A stretch of DNA of 64,000 nt from a virus, in IMG/VR virus record IMGVR_UViG_3300023265_000001; one strand, 5' to 3'. This document shows positions 33,098 to 40,863 of this stretch, piece after piece; the stretch's first letter is position 1; each line of letters begins with the position of its first letter. The notes beneath the pieces are model-generated. The model was not told the origin of the DNA and searched no databases. It saw only the letters and a list, made by a program, of their open reading frames with translations. The translations under genes were made by a program, and so were the position numbers.

Positions 33098-33543
33098 GCG
33101 ACGACCAGCAGGGCACCAGCTCTGCAGACAGCGTCGGAGATGGGTTCCGGCGCATCGAACTGGCCGGCGGTACCGAGCGCGGTGAGCGCGGTGTGCAGTG
33201 GGCCGCGGCCGAAATGGTCCGCCGGCAGCAGACTCCGCTGGAGGGCGACGAGTCACGGCGGGAACGCTGGGACGAACCGCTGATCATCTACGTCGAAGAG
33301 ATCGGCGGCTTCAGCGAGCAGGCCAAAGACCTGCTCGCGCGACTTGCCCATGAGGGCCGATCGGAAGGCGTCGTCGTGTCGGTCAGGCGCGACGTGAAAG
33401 GCCCGAAGCACCCGGTCACCAGGCCGGTCTCGGAGCGGTTCGACCCGCCCCTGGAGTACCGGCCGTACGAAGAGATCTACGCCCTGGTGAACAGGCTGTG
33501 GGCAGACATCGAAAACCGAAGCACCACGAAGGGACGCAAATGA
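33094..33543 (+). CDS. hypothetical protein (149 aa)
   Basis: GTG 33094 overlaps upstream stop (GTGA); tail of ORF 32953..33543. Confidence 0.5.
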   Translation: MSDDQQGTSSADSVGDGFRRIELAGGTERGERGVQWAAAEMVRRQQTPLEGDESRRERWDEPLIIYVEEIGGFSEQAKDLLARLAHEGRSEGVVVSVRRDVKGPKHPVTRPVSERFDPPLEYRPYEEIYALVNRLWADIENRSTTKGRK

Positions 33544-34811
33544 CCGACGTCAACGAGGCTTTCCGCACCGAGCGCCTCTCCCAGATCGCCTTCGCCCAGA
33601 GCGCCGGCGAGCGGGCCGCGCAGAGCAACGAGGACCGGGTCCGCGAGTTCGACAGCCGTGTCGCGGACGGCAAGCTCCGCAACCTCGGCAACAACCGGTT
33701 CCAGGTCACCGACCCCAGCTCCTGGGACAACGGCGAGGTGCTGGTCCTGCGTCAGATCGACGTGCAGGGCGTGATGCAGCGGCAGATCCTGCCGGAGCAC
33801 GGCCTCGACGACAGCACCGGCACCGTGAAGGTCTACTCCCGGGCGCCGATGTGGCACGAGCTGGGCACCGTCATCCCCGAGGGCGTCAGCGACATCGACA
33901 CGGTCATGGAGCTGGGCGGCCTGAACTACCAGGTCGAGAAGCGGCCGTACCTCTATCGCAACCCGGTCACCGGCGTCGAGGAGACCCTCGACGGCCAGTT
34001 CACCACGTACCGGATGGACACCGGGAAGGCGCTCGGCACCGTCGGCAACATGTACGAGCCGGCGCAGAACCGCGACAGCTTCGAGTTCCTGGAGAAGCTG
34101 GTCGCCCGGACCGGCGTCATCTGGGAGTCGGCCGGCCCGCTGCGCAACGGCGCCAAGACGTTCGTCTCGATGCGCCTGCCGCAGGAGATCCGCATCGACC
34201 CGAACGGCGTGAACGACGAGATCCTGCCGTTCGTGATCGCCCTGAACAGCCACGACGGCTCCGGCAAGTTCGAGGTCATGGTCAGCCCGTGGCGCCCGAT
34301 CTGCGGCAACACGGAGCGGTTCGCCGTCCGGGACGCGCTGGTCCGCTGGGGCACCCGCCACACCAGCAACGGCGACGACAAGATGCGCGAGAAGATCCTC
34401 GACGCGCAGCGCACGATGGCCAACTCGGTCCAGTACTTCGAGCGGTTTGTCGAGGAGGAGAACGCGCTCGCGCAGGTGGCGATGCGGGACTCCGACATCG
34501 ACGCTCTGATCAACGAGATCTGGGGCGAGGTCGACGAGGACGCGACCAAGCAGGCCATCACCAAGCGCGCGAAGTTCGCGGAGAAGATCCGGCAGGGCCA
34601 CGCCGTCAACGTGGAGCAGGTCGGGTCCACCCTCTACGCCTTCGAGCGCACCGTGACCGCGTTCGCGGACCACGAGAAGACCTACAAGCCGCGCTCCAGC
34701 TCGCTGAAGGGCAAGGACGCCCTCATCCGGGCGACCGCGGTGGTCGAGGATCTCTCGGGCGACCTGAAGAGCCGGGCGCACCGCAAGCTGATGCTCCGCG
34801 TCAACCGCTGA
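33540..34811 (+). CDS. DUF932 (phage/plasmid-like TIGR03299-type) protein
   Basis: ATG 33540 (ATGA overlap); 423 aa; YRMDTGKALGTVGNMYEPAQN, GAKTFVSMRLP, LNSHDGSGKFEVMVSPWRPICGNT. Confidence 0.75.
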   Translation: MTDVNEAFRTERLSQIAFAQSAGERAAQSNEDRVREFDSRVADGKLRNLGNNRFQVTDPSSWDNGEVLVLRQIDVQGVMQRQILPEHGLDDSTGTVKVYSRAPMWHELGTVIPEGVSDIDTVMELGGLNYQVEKRPYLYRNPVTGVEETLDGQFTTYRMDTGKALGTVGNMYEPAQNRDSFEFLEKLVARTGVIWESAGPLRNGAKTFVSMRLPQEIRIDPNGVNDEILPFVIALNSHDGSGKFEVMVSPWRPICGNTERFAVRDALVRWGTRHTSNGDDKMREKILDAQRTMANSVQYFERFVEEENALAQVAMRDSDIDALINEIWGEVDEDATKQAITKRAKFAEKIRQGHAVNVEQVGSTLYAFERTVTAFADHEKTYKPRSSSLKGKDALIRATAVVEDLSGDLKSRAHRKLMLRVNR

Positions 34812-34868
34812 CCTGACCATCACCGTCGTCGCCGGCTCCGGCCGGCGGCGAGCGGCGGTCGCCAGGAG
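34809..34868 (+). repeat. SIR-33, family D
   Basis: TGA + CCTGAC..GTCgcCAGG outer stem; inner ACCGtCGtCGCCGGC tcc GCCGGCGgCGagCGG; runs into AGGAGG SD. Confidence 0.8.
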
Positions 34869-34889
34869 GCGAACGAGACAGGGGAAACC

Positions 34890-35228
34890 ATGACCAAGAC
34901 GAACCTGAACGAGCTGATGGACCGGATCATCAACGGCCCCGACCCGTTCGAGCGGGCCAAGATCGCCTACGAGAACTTCGCTGAGGGCTGGCGCCGCGCG
35001 AACCAGGCGACACGCGGCATCGACGACCTGATGGATCGGAGCGCCGAGCTGGCCCGGTCCGGCGGCAGGGACACCGAGCTGCTGGTGGAGATCGCCGATC
35101 GTCTGGAGCGGTTCGCGGTCGAGAAAGAGCGAAGCCGAGTGATCGACACGATCACCGCCAGCACCGCCGCGGAGATGCGCTGCCTGTCGGAGGTCTACCG
35201 GCGGCTCGCCCAGAAGGACGACGAGTAG
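34890..35228 (+). CDS. hypothetical protein (112 aa)
   Basis: ORF track. Confidence 0.6.
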   Translation: MTKTNLNELMDRIINGPDPFERAKIAYENFAEGWRRANQATRGIDDLMDRSAELARSGGRDTELLVEIADRLERFAVEKERSRVIDTITASTAAEMRCLSEVYRRLAQKDDE

Positions 35229-35286
35229 CAGCCTGACCATCACCGTCGTCGCCGGCTCCGGCCGGCGGCGTGCGGCGGTCGCCAGG
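35226..35286 (+). repeat. SIR-34, family D
   Basis: ~95% identical to SIR-33 over ~75 nt although flanking ORFs are unrelated. Confidence 0.8.
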
Positions 35287-35308
35287 AGGCGAACGAGAGA
35301 GGGGCAAC

Positions 35309-35671
35309 ATGTCGCAGCACCTGGAGTACTTCGAGTCCATCGCTCTGGACCTGAAGCAGCTGAGGTATCGAGACGACGACCTGGCGCAGCTGCTGGTCCG
35401 TGGCACCCGGTACGGCGGGGACTGGGTACTGAGCGCCAGTCCGTTCTTCGACGGCCAGCCGACGGACGCCGGCGTCGTCGGGAAGATCGAGACCACGGGC
35501 GTGAAGGGTGACGCCACCTGGGCGTTTCAGACCGCCTGCGTCTGGGTCGGGGACGCATGCAAGAAGGCGGACCTGGTGGTGGCGAGTTCGGAAGATCTCC
35601 GCAACCTGCTGCCGGCCGAGGAGCGCGAGTACTTCTGCAACGCGATGATCTTCATCGACCGGCTGCTCTGA
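35309..35671 (+). CDS. hypothetical protein (120 aa)
   Basis: ATG 35309 after GAGAGGGGCAAC. Confidence 0.6.
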   Translation: MSQHLEYFESIALDLKQLRYRDDDLAQLLVRGTRYGGDWVLSASPFFDGQPTDAGVVGKIETTGVKGDATWAFQTACVWVGDACKKADLVVASSEDLRNLLPAEEREYFCNAMIFIDRLL

Positions 35672-35722
35672 CCACCACCGTGCGGCCCGGGATACCCCCG
35701 GGCCGGGCGGCGGTCGCCAGGA
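35669..35722 (+). repeat. SIR-35, family D variant
   Basis: ACCGtGCGGCCCGGG atac CCCGGGCCGgGCGG then GGTCGCCAGGAGGCGAC. Confidence 0.65.
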
Positions 35723-35752
35723 GGCGACAAGCAATGACGAAAGGGGAAATCT

Positions 35753-36202
35753 ATGACATACAACGAGCAGGAACCGATTCCGAGCGGCAAGCCGCTGTTC
35801 AGCCGGACGATGGTGTTCGTCATCGTCGGGGGTGTCATCGGCCTGCTGGCCCTGACGTTCGTGGGCATCTTCCTGCAGGCCCGGGACAGCCAGGAGCCGG
35901 AACGCCGCTCGCTCAGCGCGACGCAGCAGCGGTGCGACGCGGCCGGCGCCGGGACCACCGTGCAGGACGACGGCAACACCCTGGTCGTGAACAGCATCGG
36001 CGCAGACCACCCGATGACCGGCGTTGACACGGCGGCGCTGCGATGCATCTTCGACGACGTCAAGATGCCCTCGTTCGTGTCCGAGGCGGTCTGGGCCACC
36101 CGGGCGCTGGACGGCCGCCAGGAGGACTCCTGGCCGGGCTACACGGCCGCGTGGAGCTACCACCCGGACTCCGGCCTGCGGATGATCATCCGAGCCGTCT
36201 GA
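35753..36202 (+). CDS. membrane-anchored protein (149 aa)
   Basis: ORF track; N-terminal TM (MVFVIVGGVIGLLALTFVGIFL). Confidence 0.6.
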   Translation: MTYNEQEPIPSGKPLFSRTMVFVIVGGVIGLLALTFVGIFLQARDSQEPERRSLSATQQRCDAAGAGTTVQDDGNTLVVNSIGADHPMTGVDTAALRCIFDDVKMPSFVSEAVWATRALDGRQEDSWPGYTAAWSYHPDSGLRMIIRAV

Positions 36203-36210
36203 CGAAGACC

Positions 36211-36247
36211 AAGAGGCCGCCGACCAGCACCTGGTCGGCGGCCTCTG
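36211..36247. terminator. bidirectional terminator
   Basis: AAGAGGCCGCCGACCAG cac CTGGTCGGCGGCCTCT between convergent genes. Confidence 0.7.
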
Positions 36248-36250
36248 CTG

Positions 36251-36931
36251 TCACCAGGCGACGCCGGTTACGGCCTTCCACACGGCCAGGTCCCTGATCG
36301 CCGTCTTGGAAATCTTGATCTTCGTAGTCACGCCCGGCCCGTACGGCGCGCTCTGGTCGTCGTACTGCATGGCCGAGAGCTTGGCCCAGCCGCCGTAGCC
36401 GGCGTTCCAGTCGGCCGAGGCGTCACCCGGGTAGCTGCCCGGGTAGCCGTCATTCGGCGCCGCCCACAGGTACGGCGTGTAGGTGCCGCCGACCTTGCCG
36501 GCGAACCGGGACGTCCACCACCAGTCCCCCGTGTAGTTGAAGATCGGCCGGCCAAGCAGCTTCTGCATGGTGGTCACGTACTCGGTCCAGATCGTCCAGG
36601 TCGGCTGCTTCGCCTTGTCCTTCTCCTCGGCGTCCACCGAGTGCCCGATGGCGGTCGGGCCACCGAGCAGCTTGATCCGGTTGAAGACGAACTTGGCCTG
36701 TTCCGCGCCGGACGCTGAGTTGTCGAGCCAGTGGAACGTGCAGAGGCGCAGCTTTTCGGCCCGCGCCTCCTTGACCCGCGCGACGTCGTCGGGCTGGTCC
36801 GGGTACAGCTCCTCCCCCGCGGTCATTCCGTGAGAGATCTTGATGTTGACGGCTCCGAAGCCGGCCTTGACCAGCTGGGAGAGTGGCAAGCCTTTCTGCC
36901 ACCGAGCGATGTCCGAGACGTAGGCAGTCAT
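36251..36931 (-). CDS. GH25-type muramidase (lysozyme)
   Basis: ATG 36931; VSDIARWQKG..VKAGFGAVNIKISHG, LCTFHW..SGAEQAKFVF, VDAEE, NYTGDWWW, MQYDD align by eye with Cellosyl-type GH25 motifs. Confidence 0.7.
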   Translation of the reverse strand: MTAYVSDIARWQKGLPLSQLVKAGFGAVNIKISHGMTAGEELYPDQPDDVARVKEARAEKLRLCTFHWLDNSASGAEQAKFVFNRIKLLGGPTAIGHSVDAEEKDKAKQPTWTIWTEYVTTMQKLLGRPIFNYTGDWWWTSRFAGKVGGTYTPYLWAAPNDGYPGSYPGDASADWNAGYGGWAKLSAMQYDDQSAPYGPGVTTKIKISKTAIRDLAVWKAVTGVAW

Positions 36932-36980
36932 AGATCGAAGGTACGACGTGACCAGCGTGTTGGATATGCCACCGCAGGCC

Positions 36981-37020
36981 GTCAAGTGTCAAGTTCAGCT
37001 TGTGCATGTCAAGTTCAGCT
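36981..37020 (-). promoter_or_regulatory. divergent promoter region with duplicated -35 box
   Basis: 14-bp direct repeat TGTCAAGTTCAGCT at 36987 and 37007 (minus strand AGCTGAACTTGACA, i.e. TTGACA twice). Confidence 0.4.
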
Positions 37021-37067
37021 GGTAATGTCCCAGCCAACGTAGAGAATCACGACAGGACGGAGGGCTG

Positions 37068-37529
37068 ATGAAGAACGCGCAGGAGCAGCTGCAGGTCTAC
37101 GCCGCCGGCTGGGCCGCGATGAAGTGGCTGGCCCGGCACGCCAGGACCCAGTGCTTCGCCTGCGAGCGTTACCACCGCGCGGTCGCCGCCGGTAAGCCTG
37201 CCTCGCAGGAGGTTCGGTACCGGTGCCCGCTCGCGCGTAAGCACCACGGCGAGTACATGGCCGTCGAGAAGATGCTGCTGGAGCTGAACGACGACTTCGA
37301 GTGCGACCTGATCGACAACTCGCGGCCTGAGCTGCTGTGCTCCGGCCCGGCCAGGTACGCCCTGGTGCAGCGCAGCCGGCGCGGCGGGTCGCTGGTGCAC
37401 TTCCAGATCGGGTGTCAGGCGCACGCCCAGTTCGCCGAGGCCAAGGCCGTGGTGAACGGCGACGCGGGGACCTTCACGGTTGAGGATTTGGAGACGGTGG
37501 TCCGCGAGGACGCCACCAAGATGCGATGA
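37068..37529 (+). CDS. hypothetical Cys/His-containing protein (153 aa)
   Basis: ORF track; SD ACGGAGGG. Confidence 0.6.
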   Translation: MKNAQEQLQVYAAGWAAMKWLARHARTQCFACERYHRAVAAGKPASQEVRYRCPLARKHHGEYMAVEKMLLELNDDFECDLIDNSRPELLCSGPARYALVQRSRRGGSLVHFQIGCQAHAQFAEAKAVVNGDAGTFTVEDLETVVREDATKMR

Positions 37530-37543
37530 GAGGAGCTGGTTTC

Positions 37544-37789
37544 ATGACCGACAAGCGCGAGTCCGACGAGCCCATCCGGGTGCAGCTCAAAGCGCACGAC
37601 GGCTGGTTCGTACCGAACCGGACGTACGAGAAGACGATCGAGGTTGACCGAGACGACTGGAACTGGCGCGACGCCGCTGGTCGGCGAGAGCTGGTCGAGG
37701 AGATGCAGCGAGATTGGCTGCAGGAGACCTTCGACCTGTCGTACGAGGTTCTCGACGGGCGCGACTTCGACGATCCGAGCGAGGAATGA
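37544..37789 (+). CDS. hypothetical acidic protein (81 aa)
   Basis: ATG 37544 after GAGAGGAG. Confidence 0.6.
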   Translation: MTDKRESDEPIRVQLKAHDGWFVPNRTYEKTIEVDRDDWNWRDAAGRRELVEEMQRDWLQETFDLSYEVLDGRDFDDPSEE

Positions 37790-38091
37790 TGATCACACTT
37801 CGCGAGCTGCACCTGCAGTTCCGCACCGAGGACCGCCGCGACCAGGGCTGGCGAGAGCGCCTGGTCGGCAAGCGCGAGTGCCCCAAGGCCACGCGCTGCG
37901 ACCCGGACACCGCCGGCCTGTGCCGGTGGTGCCGGAAGCCGTGCGCCGAACGGACGCCGGCCCCGGCGGCGCCCTACGACCTGAACGAGGGAGCCATCCT
38001 GATCCAGGAGGCGTACGACTACCACTACAACCCGGACGGCGCCGACCTCCCGTTCGCGCTGACCGGTTCCTTCTACGTGGGGAGCGAGTGA
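37786..38091 (+). CDS. hypothetical protein (101 aa)
   Basis: ATG 37786 (ATGA overlap). Confidence 0.55.
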   Translation: MMITLRELHLQFRTEDRRDQGWRERLVGKRECPKATRCDPDTAGLCRWCRKPCAERTPAPAAPYDLNEGAILIQEAYDYHYNPDGADLPFALTGSFYVGSE

Positions 38092-38459
38092 TGCGACGAC
38101 CGAGCCGGTCTACCAGAGACGGGGTCGTCGCGCTGGCCCTGGGCACCGTGATGGTGACGGGTGTCATAGGCGCCCCGTTCGCCTGGTTCCACTACCAGGA
38201 CCGGGCGTACGAGCAGAGGCAGGAAGCCGGGCGGGGACGCTGGCAGGCCCATCTGGACGAGATGACGACCTGCTCCACGAAGGGGTGGGTCTACGTGCCG
38301 TCCAGCTGGACGGGTGGCACCGGCTGCCTGCCGCCGGACATGTACGTCTGCCTCTCCCGAAACGGCGTATGGATCAGCACGCCGCTGCTGCCCGATCGCA
38401 TCGAGGACGGGTACTGCGAGCTGCCTGAGTCCCCCTCGGCGTCCCCGGAGCCGAGGTGA
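38091..38459 (+). CDS. membrane-anchored Cys-containing protein (122 aa)
   Basis: ATG 38091 overlaps upstream TGA; N-terminal TM. Confidence 0.55.
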   Translation: MRRPSRSTRDGVVALALGTVMVTGVIGAPFAWFHYQDRAYEQRQEAGRGRWQAHLDEMTTCSTKGWVYVPSSWTGGTGCLPPDMYVCLSRNGVWISTPLLPDRIEDGYCELPESPSASPEPR

Positions 38460-38848
38460 GCGCCACCTCGGTCTGGGGCCGAGACGGACTGCAAGGCACC
38501 ACCACCGCGACGCGCAGCGCGGCGTTCCAGATGATCGAACGCAAGCTGTCCGGTCAGGCCCGGATCGACGCCATGGACTTCGTCAGGAATCGCCACCGCC
38601 GGGAAGCCCACCTGATCAGCCTCATCGAGCGCCTGGAGCAGAAGCCCGACCTGGAGAAGGAGTGCCACTCTAGGGCAATGCTGACCGACAGCCAGGCGAT
38701 GCAGCTGATCCGGGAAAGCCTCGCCGGCGACAGCACGGCTGTCCTGGCCGAACGGTACGGCGTGAAACCCGGGACGGCAGCGCACATCTCCAAGGGGCGC
38801 AGTCGCCCCCGCCTGTACGAGCAAGTGATGGAAGAAAGGGAGACATGA
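38456..38848 (+). CDS. hypothetical protein, possible HTH (130 aa)
   Basis: GTG 38456; C-terminal LAERYGVKPGTAAHISKGR. Confidence 0.5.
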   Translation: MSATSVWGRDGLQGTTTATRSAAFQMIERKLSGQARIDAMDFVRNRHRREAHLISLIERLEQKPDLEKECHSRAMLTDSQAMQLIRESLAGDSTAVLAERYGVKPGTAAHISKGRSRPRLYEQVMEERET

Positions 38849-39210
38849 ACGCACCGCTGAGCCCGCAGAGCGACCAGCAGTGGGCAGACCTGCTGATGCA
38901 CCAGGAGACCCTGGAGCGCGCCAAGCTGGACGCCGAGGTCAAGATGCACCAGCAGGACGTGGAAGCTCGCACTGAGCAGCTGGTGAGCCGGCGTCGCCTG
39001 ACCGGGACCATCGTGCTCGCCGGCAGCATCACCTTTGCTGTCGCGTTCTTCTTCAGCGTGATGGCCTTGTTCATCAGCCAGGACCTCAAACACGACGAGC
39101 AGATGAGCAAGGACTGCATTGCCGTGGGCCGAGTCTGGTCTCCCGCCGAGAACATCTGCTACCCGACCGGGGAGAAGCCCGGAGAGAAGCCCGAGAAGGA
39201 GACCCGATGA
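38845..39210 (+). CDS. membrane protein (121 aa)
   Basis: ORF track; one TM; ATGA overlap. Confidence 0.6.
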   Translation: MNAPLSPQSDQQWADLLMHQETLERAKLDAEVKMHQQDVEARTEQLVSRRRLTGTIVLAGSITFAVAFFFSVMALFISQDLKHDEQMSKDCIAVGRVWSPAENICYPTGEKPGEKPEKETR

Positions 39211-39560
39211 CCAAGCCCCTGACGCCCACTACCGACGAGCAGTACCTGATCGAGCTGCGCGAGTCCCGCGCGCATGACCTGGCCATGAGGAAGTCCGACA
39301 ACGATCGCGCCGTCAAGATCGCGCAGGAGGAGACGGAGCGCCGCGAGACTGGCCGCCGGTACGTTGTGGTCGGCCTGGTCGTGTTCGTGCTCGGAGCCAT
39401 CCTGGCCAGCCTGATCTACTGGGGGATCTGGAACACTCGGTCTGACGACGCCGCGCGTGACAGGCAGGTGCAGCTGAACGGCCAGATCGCCGAGGCATGC
39501 ATCGCCGCCGGGAACATCTGGTACGACGGCAACTGCCTGATCACCAAGAACACCCCGTGA
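39207..39560 (+). CDS. membrane protein (117 aa), similar architecture to previous
   Basis: ORF track; one TM; ATGA overlap. Confidence 0.6.
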   Translation: MTKPLTPTTDEQYLIELRESRAHDLAMRKSDNDRAVKIAQEETERRETGRRYVVVGLVVFVLGAILASLIYWGIWNTRSDDAARDRQVQLNGQIAEACIAAGNIWYDGNCLITKNTP

Positions 39561-39814
39561 CAGGGGCCACGCACCGAACCACACTCATTCGCTTCAATGA
39601 GCAGCTGCAGATGTGGACGACGGTCGAACGCCGGCCGCGCCGGCATCGCAGGCTGCCGACCCTGACCCGGCTGCTGGCCGGCTCGGCTGGCCTGACCCGG
39701 AAACAGGCGCAGCGCGCGATCGGGTCCACCGGTGATTTGCAGCTGGATCAGCGCTTGAAGAAGTCGCGCACGCTGTATGGAGCCCGCCGGCGATCTCGCC
39801 GCGGACGGAAGTAA
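39557..39814 (+). CDS. small basic protein (85 aa)
   Basis: GTG 39557 overlaps upstream stop (GTGA). Confidence 0.4.
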   Translation: MTGATHRTTLIRFNEQLQMWTTVERRPRRHRRLPTLTRLLAGSAGLTRKQAQRAIGSTGDLQLDQRLKKSRTLYGARRRSRRGRK

Positions 39815-39827
39815 CGGAAGGGGACTG

Positions 39828-40322
39828 ATGACCAACCGGAGGATGTCCTCTCGGAACGCGCTGAGCATCGGCACGCTGGCCCTGCTGGCCGGCCCTGGCG
39901 TCGCCGCGTGCGACGACTCGGGCTACTACGAGGACTCGGGCTACTACTCCAGCGACGTCGAAGAGGCCCAGCAGACCCAGTTCCAGTGCGCCCGGGAAGA
40001 GGACGGGATGGAGATCGCCGTCGACTGCGCGCTGGTTGACGACGACCGCGGGGAGGTCTACTACGGCGGCTCGTACGTGCCCGTGTTCATCTACGGCAGC
40101 ACCTACGGCGGGTCGACCTACTCCCCCGGACAGCGCCTGCCGGCCGACCCGAACCGCGCCAAGATCGGGTACAAGGACTCGGCGGGGCGCACGCGCTGGG
40201 GCCTGCCGGCCACCGGCCGGGTCGCCAACAACACCAAGACCGGCGTGATCGGCAAGGGCGGCCAGCCGGTCGCGCGCGGCGGGAACGTCGGCGGCGGGAG
40301 CGGCGCGAAGAGCGGCGGCTGA
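39828..40322 (+). CDS. lipoprotein (164 aa)
   Basis: ATG 39828 after GGAAGGGGA; signal peptide ending in lipobox-like GVAAC. Confidence 0.6.
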   Translation: MTNRRMSSRNALSIGTLALLAGPGVAACDDSGYYEDSGYYSSDVEEAQQTQFQCAREEDGMEIAVDCALVDDDRGEVYYGGSYVPVFIYGSTYGGSTYSPGQRLPADPNRAKIGYKDSAGRTRWGLPATGRVANNTKTGVIGKGGQPVARGGNVGGGSGAKSGG

Positions 40323-40328
40323 CAGAGA

Positions 40329-40371
40329 CACGAAGAAGGGGCGACCGGCATCCGGTCGCCCCTTCTTCGTG
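40329..40371. terminator. bidirectional terminator (twin of 50261-50317)
   Basis: CACGAAGAAGGGGCGACCGG catc CGGTCGCCCCTTCTTCGTG. Confidence 0.75.
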
Positions 40372-40386
40372 TCAGCTAGCTGGTGG

Positions 40387-40812
40387 TCAGCTCAGCCACT
40401 TGATCGAGGTGATCTCGTCCACCTGCGTCGGGTGGGTGAGCGTCATGTGCGCCGAACCGTCCCCGTTGACCAGGGTGAACGCCTGTCCGGTGCAACCGGC
40501 GTCGTTGTAGAACCGGACGGACACCCCGGACCCGTTCCAGATCGAGGAGATCTGGTCGTTGTAGCCGACGTTGTCGCAGGTGCCGTTGGCGCGCTTGAGC
40601 CGGTCGTCCCGGTTGCCGGACCAGGCGTCACCGGTATACATGCAGAGCAGCGAGCTGCCACAGGACGAGGGCTTCGCCGTCCGGGCGGCCTGGTCCTGGC
40701 CGGCGGGCGTGGGCGGTACGCCGGCGGACGCCGGGGTGGAAATCAGGAACAGGGTGGACATGGCCAGGGCGATGGCGGCGAAGAACGCCGCCATGCGGTT
40801 ATAGAAGGTCAT
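40387..40812 (-). CDS. secreted peptidase-inhibitor I36 (SMPI)/beta-gamma-crystallin-like protein
   Basis: ATG 40812; signal peptide; C..LC.YTG..WSG....C.N......ISS..N......FYND.GC.G pattern. Confidence 0.55.
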   Translation of the reverse strand: MTFYNRMAAFFAAIALAMSTLFLISTPASAGVPPTPAGQDQAARTAKPSSCGSSLLCMYTGDAWSGNRDDRLKRANGTCDNVGYNDQISSIWNGSGVSVRFYNDAGCTGQAFTLVNGDGSAHMTLTHPTQVDEITSIKWLS

Positions 40813-40863
40813 GGATAAGACCCTATCAGGGTCAATGCCTGCATCCGACCCAGGGATCACACA

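Noticed and set aside
33477-35558. 693-aa minus-strand ORF
   Set aside because: It is antisense to the DUF932 gene and two array ORFs. Its composition is R/P/A/L/G-rich, and it runs through two SIR hairpins.
11046-35722. CRISPR array interpretation of the regularly spaced repeats
   Set aside because: The repeats are 55-65 nt, imperfect, and fall into four families. The 'spacers' are 200-600 bp and contain SD-preceded ORFs with coding GC3 bias. No cas genes are present in the window.
11046-35722. Classical integron attC sites / gene cassettes
   Set aside because: The layout of an outer stem plus a variable hairpin is reminiscent of attC. However, the conserved boxes are not RYYYAAC/GTTRRRY. 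No intI-like tyrosine recombinase or attI is in the window, and each unit carries its own SD. I keep it only as an analogy (see finding 1).
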